NCBI GenBank assembly: GCA_025356915.1
Contig: JANXQG010000689.1
Location: forward strand, 1-39,352
From: Planctomycetota bacterium
GTDB taxonomy: Bacteria > Planctomycetota > Planctomycetia > Pirellulales > Thermoguttaceae
Length of the DNA: 39,352 nucleotides
Direction of reading: 5' to 3'
This document shows positions 31,878 to 39,352 of this stretch, in pieces. The translations under genes were made by a program, and so were the position numbers. How positions within the stretch are numbered: position 1 is the first letter of the stretch; every line of letters starts with the position of its first letter. A model generated the notes under the pieces. That model made no database searches. It was given only the letters and a program-made list of their open reading frames with translations, and was not told the origin of the DNA.

Positions 31878-32885
31878 TCAGATGAACTTCCCGGTGAACG
31901 ACGTCAATGCCTTCATGTAGTTCCCACGCTCGAAGGCGGCAGGGTCGGCGCAGTTTTGCTGGCTCATGCTGCCCTTGAGCTGCTCGACCGATTCGTACTC
32001 CTTCTCCTCCATCCACTCGCGCAACCCGCTGAGGATTTTGGCAATCTGGCTGGAGCCTTCTTCATATACGGTCGAAACGACCATGCCGACATCGGCCCCG
32101 GCCAACAATGCCTTGATCAGGCCCGCAGCGTCGTGCAGGCCGCTCGTCAGGGCCAGGGATACCTTCAACTGACCGCGCAGGATGGCGATCCATCGGAGCG
32201 GCAGCAACATCTCAAACGGCGTGCTGAGCACGAGCTTGGGCTTCGGCTCGAGCGTCTCCAAATCGAAGTCAGGCTGTAGGAAGCGGTTAAAGAGTACGAG
32301 GCCGTTTGCCCCGGCGTCGACCAACCGCTTGGCCATATTGCCCATCGAACTGAAGTACGGACCGACCTTCACGGCAAGAGGAATCGAGACCGACTGCTTG
32401 ACCGCGGCGACGAGATCGACATAACGGGCCTCGACGTCGCGGCCGGTCATGGTCAGGTCGGTGGCAATGAAGTAGATGTTCAACTCCAGGGCGTCGGCCC
32501 CGGCGTCTTGCATCATCTTCGCATAGCGGACCCAGCCACCCTTGCTCGTGCCGTTGAGACTGGCGATGATCGGGATCTTCACCGCCTTCTTGGCCTTGGA
32601 GATGGCATCGAGGTAGCTCTCCGGACCGACGTGATAATCGTCTTCCTCGGGGAAATACGACAGAGCTTCAGCAAAGCTGTCGGTACCGAATTCGTGCAGC
32701 TTCGTCAATTCGAGGCTGTCGTGCTCGATCTGCTCTTCAAAGAGCGAGGGAAAAACGGCCGCGGCCGCCCCCTTTTCTTCGAGCGTGATGAGCGAATCGA
32801 GCTTTTGGGTCATCGGGCTGGCGGCAATCACCAGCGGGTTCTTCAGTTTCAAACCGAGATAGGTTGTGGATAGATCTGCGCTCAT
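31878..32885 (-). CDS. Dihydroorotate dehydrogenase-like protein (class-1 DHOD/DHPD fold, non-canonical active site)
   Basis: 335 aa: ..LGLKLKNPLVIAASP.., ..ADALELNIY.., ..IPLAVKVGPY.., ..ANGLVLFNR.., ..TSGLHDAAGLIKALLAGADVGMV.. The start ATG overlaps the nifJ stop (ATGA at 32882-32885). Confidence 0.75.
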   Translation of the reverse strand: MSADLSTTYLGLKLKNPLVIAASPMTQKLDSLITLEEKGAAAAVFPSLFEEQIEHDSLELTKLHEFGTDSFAEALSYFPEEDDYHVGPESYLDAISKAKKAVKIPIIASLNGTSKGGWVRYAKMMQDAGADALELNIYFIATDLTMTGRDVEARYVDLVAAVKQSVSIPLAVKVGPYFSSMGNMAKRLVDAGANGLVLFNRFLQPDFDLETLEPKPKLVLSTPFEMLLPLRWIAILRGQLKVSLALTSGLHDAAGLIKALLAGADVGMVVSTVYEEGSSQIAKILSGLREWMEEKEYESVEQLKGSMSQQNCADPAAFERGNYMKALTSFTGKFI

Positions 32886-35800
32886 GCTTTCACCTCGTTT
32901 GCAGCTTGGGTTATAGCGACCGCACCGTCTGGGCCATTGCCGGCGAGACGCTCCACGCCGGCTAATTGCTCGTAAAGGTGCCAGCGTGCGTTAATGTCGT
33001 CCTGGGCCTGGTGGAACAAGCGGGCAGCAACCTCCGGCTTGGAACGCGTAAGAATGTTGAACCGTGCTTCCTTCATGGCGAACTCCTTGTAGTCGCCCGT
33101 CGGCTTCCTGCTGTCCAGGTGGAATGGATGGGCTTCGTCGCGTGGGTCAAAGTGGTAGAGCGGCCAGTAACCGCAGTTCACCGCTTCCTTCTGCAACTGC
33201 ATGCCCGTGGTCATGTCGATGCCCCAGCTAATACAGTGGCTGAAGGCGATGATCAGCGATGTGCCGCGATACGATTCGGCCTCGCGGATGACTTTCAAGG
33301 CATGAGCCGGGTTGGCGCCCATGGCGATCTGGCCGACGTAGACATTGCCATAGGCCATGGCGATCATGCCCAGATCCTTTTTGCGTCCAGGTTTGCCCCC
33401 TGCGGCAAACTTGGCCACTGCGCCGCGTGGAGTCGACTTCGATGCCTGGCCGCCCGTGTTGGAGTAAACCTCCGTATCGAGCACCAAGAGGTTGACGTCG
33501 CGGCTGGAGGCGAACACGTGGTCCAATCCGCCGAAACCGATGTCGTAAGCCCAGCCGTCACCGCCAAAGCTCCAGACGCTGCGACGGATCAGGTAATCGG
33601 CCGAAGCCGCCAGATCCTTCGCATCGCGACTGCCGATGGTCGCCAACCGCTGCTTGAGCGTCGCCACCAGCGAACGCTGCAAGGCGATCTCGGCGTCTGT
33701 CTCCTGCTTGTTGTCCATGAGGGCCTTGACGATTTCGTCGCCCAGCGGACTGCTGAGTTTGCCCAGCAGTGCCTGGCAATACTGCCCCTGCTGGTCGATT
33801 GCCAAACGGAAGCCCAGACCAAATTCGGCACAGTCTTCAAACAGCGAGTTCGACCATGCCGGCCCCTTCCCTTCCACGTTGGTCGTATAGGGCGTGCAGG
33901 GCAAGTTGCCGCCGTAAATCGACGAGCATCCCGTCGCATTGCCGATCAACATCCGATCGCCAAACAACTGCGTGATGAGCTTCACGTAAGGCGTTTCGCC
34001 GCAACCGGCGCACGCCCCCGAGAACTCAAACAGCGGCAGAAGGAACTGCGAGCCTTTGACTGTATCGAGCTTGACGTTCGAGCGATCGACGTCGGGGATC
34101 GTGAGGTAGAAGTCCCAGCCCGCCCGCTCACGATCGAGATTCGGGGTCTTCGGCTCCATGTTGATCGCCTTGTGCTTGACCTGCGTCTTGTCTTTGGCAG
34201 GGCAAACATCGATGCACAGACCGCAGCCGGTGCAATCGTCGGGCGCGACCTGGATGACGAACTTCCAGCCGGGGTATTCCTTCATCTTGTAATCGGTCGC
34301 CTTGAAGCCCTTGGGGGCCTTTTCCAGAAGCGACGGCTCGAAAACCTTCATCCGGATGGCTGCGTGAGGGCAGCCAAGCGAGCAGAGTCCGCACTGGATG
34401 CAGATCTTCTCGTCCCAGATGGGAATATCCTGGGCAATCGAACGCTTCTCGTACTGCGTGGTGCCCGTGGGGAATGTGCCATCGACCGGCATCGCACTCA
34501 CCGGCAGTTCGTCGCCGCGGTTGGCGATCATCATCCCCAGCACGTCCTTGACAAACGCTGGGGCATGAGCGGGAACGGGCGGTACCATGTTAAACTTCGA
34601 GCTGACCGAGGCCAGCACTTTGACTTCGCGCAGACCGGCCAGAGCCATGTCGATGGCGGCGTTGTTGCGGTCAACAATCGCACCGCCGCCCTTCTTGCCG
34701 TAAATGGCCTTGACTTGGTCCTTGATGTGGCTGATCGCCTCTTCCGGAGGAATGACGTTGGCCAGTTTGAAGAAGCAGGTCTGCATCACCGTGTTGATGC
34801 GGCCGCCCAAGTCGGCCTCGCGGGCCACATTGAAGGCGTCAACCACATAGAACTTCAGCTTCTTCTCCACGATCTGCTTCTGCACTTCGCAGGGCAGGTG
34901 GTCCCAGACTTCGTCCGGTCCGTAGGGGCTGTTCAAAAGGAACGTCGCCCCCGGCATCGCCATCGAGAGCATGTCGATGCGCTCGGTGAAGTGAAACTGG
35001 TGACAGGCCACGAAGTTCGCCTTATGCACGAGGTATGAACCCTTGATCGGCCGCGGGCTGAAGCGAACGTGCGACGTGGTGACCGAACCGGCCTTCCGCG
35101 AGTCGTAGACGAAGTAACCCTGCGAATACATCGGGGTGTTCTCGCCGATGATCTTCACCGAACTGCGGTTGGCGCTCACGGTGCCGTCGCTGCCGAGGCC
35201 GAAGAACACGGCCCGAGTCACGTCGTCGCCCTCGGTCGAGAAGTTGTCGTCCGAATCGAGGCTCAAGAAGGTCACGTCGTCTTTGATGCCGACGATGAAC
35301 CGCTGCTTCGGCTGGGCCTTCAACAACTCGTTGTAAACTGCCGCCACATGGGCCGGCGTGAATTCCTTGGACGAAAGTCCATAGCGGCCGCCGATGATCT
35401 TCGGCAGCGGACCGTCCCAGCTTTCGGCGATTGCGGTGACCACGTCCTGATAGAGCGGCTCGCCGTTGGAGCCAGGCTCTTTGGTGCGATCAAGCACCGC
35501 GATCTTCTTGACGCTCTTGGGAATCGCCGCTAGCAGGGCAGTCTTGTCCAAAGGACGGAACAGGTGTACCTTGACCAAGCCGATCTTCTCGCCACGAGCG
35601 GTAAGGTGATCGATCGTTTCCTCGATCACGCCGGTGCCGGAACCCATGCAGACGATCACACGGTCGGCATCGGGTGCGCCGACGTAGTCGAATAGATGAT
35701 ATTGCCGGCCAAACAGCCCTGCGAACTTGTCCATCGTCTTCTGCACGATGGCTGGGCAGGCATCATAGAACTTATTGCACGCCTCGCGAGCCTGGAAAAA

Positions 35801-36490
35801 TACGTCGGGGTTCTGGGCCGTACCGCGAAGCTGGGGGTTCTCGGGGGAGAGTGCCCGGGCGCGGTGGGCGGCGACCAGATCCATGTCGATCATCTGTGCC
35901 ACTTGTTCGTCTGTCAACTGCTCGATCTTGTTCACTTCATGCGAGATGCGGAAACCATCGTAGAAGTGAATGAACGGCAGGCGGGTTGCGAGCGTCGCCG
36001 CGTGGGCAATCAGGGCCAAGTCCTGCGCCTCCTGGACCGAATCCGAGGAGAGCATCGCCCAACCGGTGCTGCGGCAGGCCATCACGTCGCTATGGTCGCC
36101 AAAAATGGACAGCGCGTGCGTGGCCACGGCGCGGGCAGTGACGTGGAAAACCGTCGCGGTCAATTCTCCCGCAATTTTGAACATGTTGGGAATCATCAGC
36201 AAGAGGCCCTGCGACGCCGTGAAGGTGGTCGTCAAGGCTCCTGCTTGCAGGGAGCCGTGGACCGCGCCAGCGGCCCCTGCTTCACTCTGCATTTCTACGA
36301 CACTCGGCACGGTTCCGAAAATGTTCTTTCGGCCGGCGGCCGCCCAAGCATCAGGCATCTCACCCAAGCTCGTCGATGGCGTGATCGGATAGATCGCCGC
36401 CACCTCGCAACATAGGTGGGCAATGTTGGCCGCCGCTTCATTGCCGTCAACGGACACGAAGCGTTTTGTTTCCAAAATAAGTTTCCTCAA
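32882..36490 (-). CDS. nifJ: Pyruvate:ferredoxin (flavodoxin) oxidoreductase, single-polypeptide PFOR
   Basis: ~1200 aa: ..VDGNEAAANIAHLCCEVAAIYPITPST.., two 4Fe-4S motifs (CIQCGLCSLGCPHAA and CTGCGLCIDVCPA), the TPP-domain motif ..GGDGWAYDIGFGGLDH.. The start is uncertain: TTG 36490, or more likely TTG 36475, 9 nt after GAGG. Confidence 0.93.
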   Translation of the reverse strand: MRKLILETKRFVSVDGNEAAANIAHLCCEVAAIYPITPSTSLGEMPDAWAAAGRKNIFGTVPSVVEMQSEAGAAGAVHGSLQAGALTTTFTASQGLLLMIPNMFKIAGELTATVFHVTARAVATHALSIFGDHSDVMACRSTGWAMLSSDSVQEAQDLALIAHAATLATRLPFIHFYDGFRISHEVNKIEQLTDEQVAQMIDMDLVAAHRARALSPENPQLRGTAQNPDVFFQAREACNKFYDACPAIVQKTMDKFAGLFGRQYHLFDYVGAPDADRVIVCMGSGTGVIEETIDHLTARGEKIGLVKVHLFRPLDKTALLAAIPKSVKKIAVLDRTKEPGSNGEPLYQDVVTAIAESWDGPLPKIIGGRYGLSSKEFTPAHVAAVYNELLKAQPKQRFIVGIKDDVTFLSLDSDDNFSTEGDDVTRAVFFGLGSDGTVSANRSSVKIIGENTPMYSQGYFVYDSRKAGSVTTSHVRFSPRPIKGSYLVHKANFVACHQFHFTERIDMLSMAMPGATFLLNSPYGPDEVWDHLPCEVQKQIVEKKLKFYVVDAFNVAREADLGGRINTVMQTCFFKLANVIPPEEAISHIKDQVKAIYGKKGGGAIVDRNNAAIDMALAGLREVKVLASVSSKFNMVPPVPAHAPAFVKDVLGMMIANRGDELPVSAMPVDGTFPTGTTQYEKRSIAQDIPIWDEKICIQCGLCSLGCPHAAIRMKVFEPSLLEKAPKGFKATDYKMKEYPGWKFVIQVAPDDCTGCGLCIDVCPAKDKTQVKHKAINMEPKTPNLDRERAGWDFYLTIPDVDRSNVKLDTVKGSQFLLPLFEFSGACAGCGETPYVKLITQLFGDRMLIGNATGCSSIYGGNLPCTPYTTNVEGKGPAWSNSLFEDCAEFGLGFRLAIDQQGQYCQALLGKLSSPLGDEIVKALMDNKQETDAEIALQRSLVATLKQRLATIGSRDAKDLAASADYLIRRSVWSFGGDGWAYDIGFGGLDHVFASSRDVNLLVLDTEVYSNTGGQASKSTPRGAVAKFAAGGKPGRKKDLGMIAMAYGNVYVGQIAMGANPAHALKVIREAESYRGTSLIIAFSHCISWGIDMTTGMQLQKEAVNCGYWPLYHFDPRDEAHPFHLDSRKPTGDYKEFAMKEARFNILTRSKPEVAARLFHQAQDDINARWHLYEQLAGVERLAGNGPDGAVAITQAANEVKA

Positions 36491-36660
36491 TAGCTCGTTA
36501 GTGTGGAATGATTGAGTAATTCGGGATCTATGGTCGCCGCGGAGTCAGGGCAGACTATGTCCTGAGCACGGGCTAAGGTAAGGGTAGGCACGGAAGCAGG
36601 CATGTTTTGAGCTTCCGGCATTGCTGAAGCGAAGCCCCGCCGAGTGAAGGACGTCTTCTC

Positions 36661-38331
36661 TCACCAAATTCCATGGGGCGGAACCAAACCATTCAAGATA
36701 GCGTTTGGGTATTTATTTCGCAAGAGGATCGACCTTCTGTAGCTGAAAAAATTAGCCAGAATTATGGCTCTTCCGTTTCTATATGCAGCGGTAAGGGTGG
36801 GAAGAGCGTAGCGAATACCACTTAAAGTGGGTAAAACATAGATCAGTAGAGTGGGACGAGTGAAACAGTCAAACGACCGAATAGCAGCCCGCACGCGAAC
36901 TTCGCGGCCATCGAGGGTAACCTTCTGAGTGCCGAGCTTCAATTGGCCTGCTGCGCTTTCAGGATCGCTGTATCCGACGGTAAAAAAGTCGTTTTTTCTC
37001 TCTTCCAGCAGATCGACCGCCAGCTTTGCCATCCAGGGAATCCTGGGGAGATCGGTCGTGCTGACAATAATGCAAGGCCGGGGTAATGAATTGTAGGAAG
37101 GGACGGTGCCGCGCAATGTCCGCGGTGAGAAGGCGTCCTCGTCGCCAGCAACCTCGGAAGAGAACCAGCCCTCTTTCTGATGCTGTCGATAGGAGTCGGT
37201 GATTGCCCGTGCGGTCGGCGATGGACAATAGATCGGCAGCGGTTTGGGGAGCAAATTCTCCTTCTGGGCGAGATGGATTTCGTAGAGGATCTTTTGCGTG
37301 CGATCGAGTGCGAAGGCGGGGATCCAAACGACACCTTGCCGGGCTGCCGCTGCGCCCAGTGCTTTGCGGAACTCAGCCCTCTGGCCGGCCACTTCCGGCC
37401 CGCAGTTCGCTGCGCCGTAGGTCGTTTCCGTGAATACAGCATCGACATCTGGCGCAGGTTTTGGCCCCGGAAAGAGCGGCGAGAGGTCATTGCCGAGATC
37501 TCCGGAATAGAGTACTCGCCGAGTTCGGTCGCCGATCGCGACTTCCAGCAGGACGCTGGCGGAGCCGGGAATGTGGCCGGCGTTGAGGAATGTTGCCTTG
37601 ACGCCCGGCCCGACCTCGACGGGCGTATTGTAGGGCAAGAGATGGAATAACCGCAGGATCGCGGCAAGTTCCTCGCGGATACAGTCCTGGCAGATGGCAA
37701 CCTTCACCTGCGGTTTCTGGTCGTGGAAACGATCTTGAAGTTCTTGCGTGGTGACGTCAGCTTCGTCGCGGTCGTCGGCAGCGATCGTCTGTTTGCTGGC
37801 GCAATTGCGCCAGTGGACAGCGAACGCTTTGTGCGATATTTCGGCTGACTGCTTGGCACGTTTCGACCATGTCCATTGCCGTGCATGGCTCGATTCGTAA
37901 CGGATGCTCGACTCGAAGATGACTTCGGCCAGGGCCTTGGTTGCCGGAGTTGCGTAGATTGCCCCTGAGAAGCCATTGTGTACCAGAAGCGGCACTCGGC
38001 CGAGATGGTCGGCATGGGCGTGCGTGATGAACAGCGAACTGGCCGTCAGGGCTGACGCTGGCAACCCTGCCTGCAATCGCGATGTCTCAGATTTTCCCGA
38101 ATGGCCTTTCGCGGTCTCTTCGTCAAAGAGTACGCCGCAGTCGATGAGCCCGCGGGCGTTCCCCGTATCGAGGACATGGAACGAACCCGAAACTCGATCC
38201 GCCGCGCCATGCGAAATGGCCGAGAGCTTCGATGGGGCAGCCGATATCTCGGCCGCTAGCCCAGGTTGCGTCCACTGAAGAACGGCAACAACGGCAAGTA
38301 CGACTCGATGTAAAGGACGCGCAAAGTTCAT
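36661..38331 (-). CDS. Secreted MBL-fold hydrolase, beta-CASP-like, with an atypical C-terminus
   Basis: Signal peptide (VVLAVVAVLQWTQPGLAAE). MBL motifs THAHADHLG, NAGHIPGS, YSGDLG. A beta-CASP motif-A-like TETTYG. An insertion lies between MBL motifs 2 and 3. The last ~70 aa are compositionally odd. Confidence 0.6.
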   Translation of the reverse strand: MNFARPLHRVVLAVVAVLQWTQPGLAAEISAAPSKLSAISHGAADRVSGSFHVLDTGNARGLIDCGVLFDEETAKGHSGKSETSRLQAGLPASALTASSLFITHAHADHLGRVPLLVHNGFSGAIYATPATKALAEVIFESSIRYESSHARQWTWSKRAKQSAEISHKAFAVHWRNCASKQTIAADDRDEADVTTQELQDRFHDQKPQVKVAICQDCIREELAAILRLFHLLPYNTPVEVGPGVKATFLNAGHIPGSASVLLEVAIGDRTRRVLYSGDLGNDLSPLFPGPKPAPDVDAVFTETTYGAANCGPEVAGQRAEFRKALGAAAARQGVVWIPAFALDRTQKILYEIHLAQKENLLPKPLPIYCPSPTARAITDSYRQHQKEGWFSSEVAGDEDAFSPRTLRGTVPSYNSLPRPCIIVSTTDLPRIPWMAKLAVDLLEERKNDFFTVGYSDPESAAGQLKLGTQKVTLDGREVRVRAAIRSFDCFTRPTLLIYVLPTLSGIRYALPTLTAAYRNGRAIILANFFSYRRSILLRNKYPNAILNGLVPPHGIW

Positions 38332-38346
38332 GTGAGGATTGTTCAG

Positions 38347-38748
38347 TTAGCGGTGAACGCTTACGGGGGTGGTGCGCGCCGAAGTCAGGTCAAAAGCGAT
38401 TACCAAGCTGTCGGCGTCGGCCGTACTGGCCGCTTTGCTGTCGGCGGCATGGGCAACTTCCTCGGCCAATTCCTCCAGCGTTGTGGAGGTGCTGTGAAGA
38501 ACGATAAGATGGGAGCAGATGTTTGAAACCATCAGGTTCAGGCCACGGTATTCCCCCGAAATGTCTACGCCGTCGAGGTCCGCAAGCAGCTCCTCGCAGC
38601 CGATCGGGACAAAAAACACGCCACCCGTGGCGTTTTTGTGCAACTGTCCGACGGCTACCGGGACCGCGCATATGAAATCGGCAAGTTGCAGGCCGTGCGA
38701 AGCGGCTATCGGCTGGCGGAATTTCTGAAGGGTCTGTGATCGATGCAA
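38347..38748 (-). CDS. Hypothetical protein (no family recognised)
   Basis: 133-aa ORF with codon usage like its neighbours. Its stop lies 15 nt upstream of the MBL gene start. Opposite-strand ORFs here look non-coding. Confidence 0.4.
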   Translation of the reverse strand: MHRSQTLQKFRQPIAASHGLQLADFICAVPVAVGQLHKNATGGVFFVPIGCEELLADLDGVDISGEYRGLNLMVSNICSHLIVLHSTSTTLEELAEEVAHAADSKAASTADADSLVIAFDLTSARTTPVSVHR

Positions 38749-38783
38749 TACTGTACAGATTTACCGATTTGTGCGAGAAGTGA

Positions 38784-38812
38784 TTGTCGGGCGTCTTCGG
38801 TTGTGGTATCAT
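38784..38812 (+). promoter_or_regulatory. Candidate extended -10 sigma70-type promoter for the Gfo/Idh/MocA gene
   Basis: TTGTCG (38784-38789), a 17-nt spacer ending in TGG, then TATCAT (38807-38812), ~100 nt upstream of ATG 38915. Pattern match only. Confidence 0.3.
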
Positions 38813-38914
38813 GGTCTCTATTGGTCGCCCTTCCGTCCGTGCGGCGTTCGCATGTAGAACCGCAAGGGGCAGAATCCTCACCTAGGTTGGGCCTCTCCAG
38901 GCCTGTAGAGTACC

Positions 38915-39352
38915 ATGAACAAGTCTATCTCTCGTCGAAAAATCCTCCAGGCCGGCGCAGCGGTGTCGGCCTCCGTGCTGATCGGCCCCGCTGCCATGGC
39001 CCGCACCTACTCCGCCAATGAGAAGATCCGCTTTGCACTCGTCGGCATTGGCGGCATGGGTGGCAAAGGCGTGGGCGTGGCCTCTGGCGAACAGATTGTC
39101 GCGGCGGCCGACGTGGATGTCAAACACGCTGCCGGTTCGATCAAGAATATCAAGGGCCGGTTCGCCGACGCAAAGATTTATAGCGACTACCGCAAGCTCT
39201 TCGATGAGCAGAAACATCTCGACGCCGTTTGGGTCGCCACGCCCGATCACAATCACTTTCCCGCCTGCGTCCGCGCGCTGGACGCCGGGCTGGCCGTCTA
39301 CTGCGAGAAGCCGCTGTGCCACGATGTCTACGAGGCCCGCAAGCTGCGCGAG
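38915..39352 (+). CDS. Gfo/Idh/MocA-family oxidoreductase with a twin-arginine signal; the 3' end runs off the window
   Basis: Manual translation: MNKSISRRKILQAGAAVSASVLIGPAAMA (TAT-type SRRxxLQ), then ..IRFALVGIGGMGGKG.. (Rossmann motif) and ..VWVATPDHNHF..VYCEKPL.. (EKP motif). The track ORF 38882..39322(-) is its antisense shadow. Confidence 0.85.
   Translation, partial: MNKSISRRKILQAGAAVSASVLIGPAAMARTYSANEKIRFALVGIGGMGGKGVGVASGEQIVAAADVDVKHAAGSIKNIKGRFADAKIYSDYRKLFDEQKHLDAVWVATPDHNHFPACVRALDAGLAVYCEKPLCHDVYEARKLRE

Noticed and set aside
32966-35038. 690-aa plus-strand ORF (and other 100-240-aa ORFs) opposite nifJ
   Set aside because: These are antisense shadow ORFs typical of high-GC DNA. 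They are Arg/Ala/Gly/Leu/His-rich with no motifs, and they lie entirely inside the strongly supported PFOR gene.
1-39352. tRNA, rRNA, tmRNA, riboswitch or prophage/integrase signatures
   Set aside because: None of the intergenic regions shows cloverleaf-type structure or known riboswitch cores that I can recognise by eye. There is no integrase or phage structural gene. A covariance-model scan would be needed to exclude small RNAs.

Overview
A high-GC bacterial chromosomal window. By gene content and repeat style it is most consistent with a Planctomycetota (Pirellulales-like) genome; this is an inference, since no search was run. About 30 genes can be supported.

The main accessory feature is an eight-gene type VI secretion module at 4.3-13.7 kb: tssA-tssB-tssC-tssC'-tagJ-tssE-tssF-tssG. 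It covers only the sheath, baseplate and TssA parts. No tssJ/K/L/M, hcp, vgrG, PAAR or clpV was recognised anywhere in the 39 kb. The module has two divergent tandem TssC paralogues. A palindromic element flanked by a 10-bp direct repeat is inserted exactly at the first tssC stop codon. Clusters of palindromic repeats bracket the module on both sides.

The rest is mostly housekeeping:
- pgpH-like/phoH and a UDP-xylose synthase
- an nfeD-floA-unknown operon
- a secreted HExxH peptidase and a GH78-like/F5-8C glycosidase
- an OPT transporter with a ~200-aa insertion, and an OCD/mu-crystallin protein
- an rpe / pseudo-phosphatase / accD / mini-kinase operon, scpB and a ketose-3-epimerase-like gene
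- nifJ translationally coupled to a DHOD-like gene
- an MBL/beta-CASP-like hydrolase and a TAT-signal Gfo/Idh/MocA oxidoreductase

The intergenic space is unusually rich in REP-like palindromes. Many carry a 5' (T)GTAGG head, and they fall into several sequence families. A small mobile-DNA islet at 30.2-31.9 kb holds an Rpn-family nuclease gene and an internally deleted, frameshifted IS200/RAYT-like Y1 transposase remnant flanked by inverted repeats.

No rRNA, tRNA, CRISPR array or prophage was seen. All calls rest on reading and translating the sequence by eye. No database search, HMM, folding or GC computation was possible.
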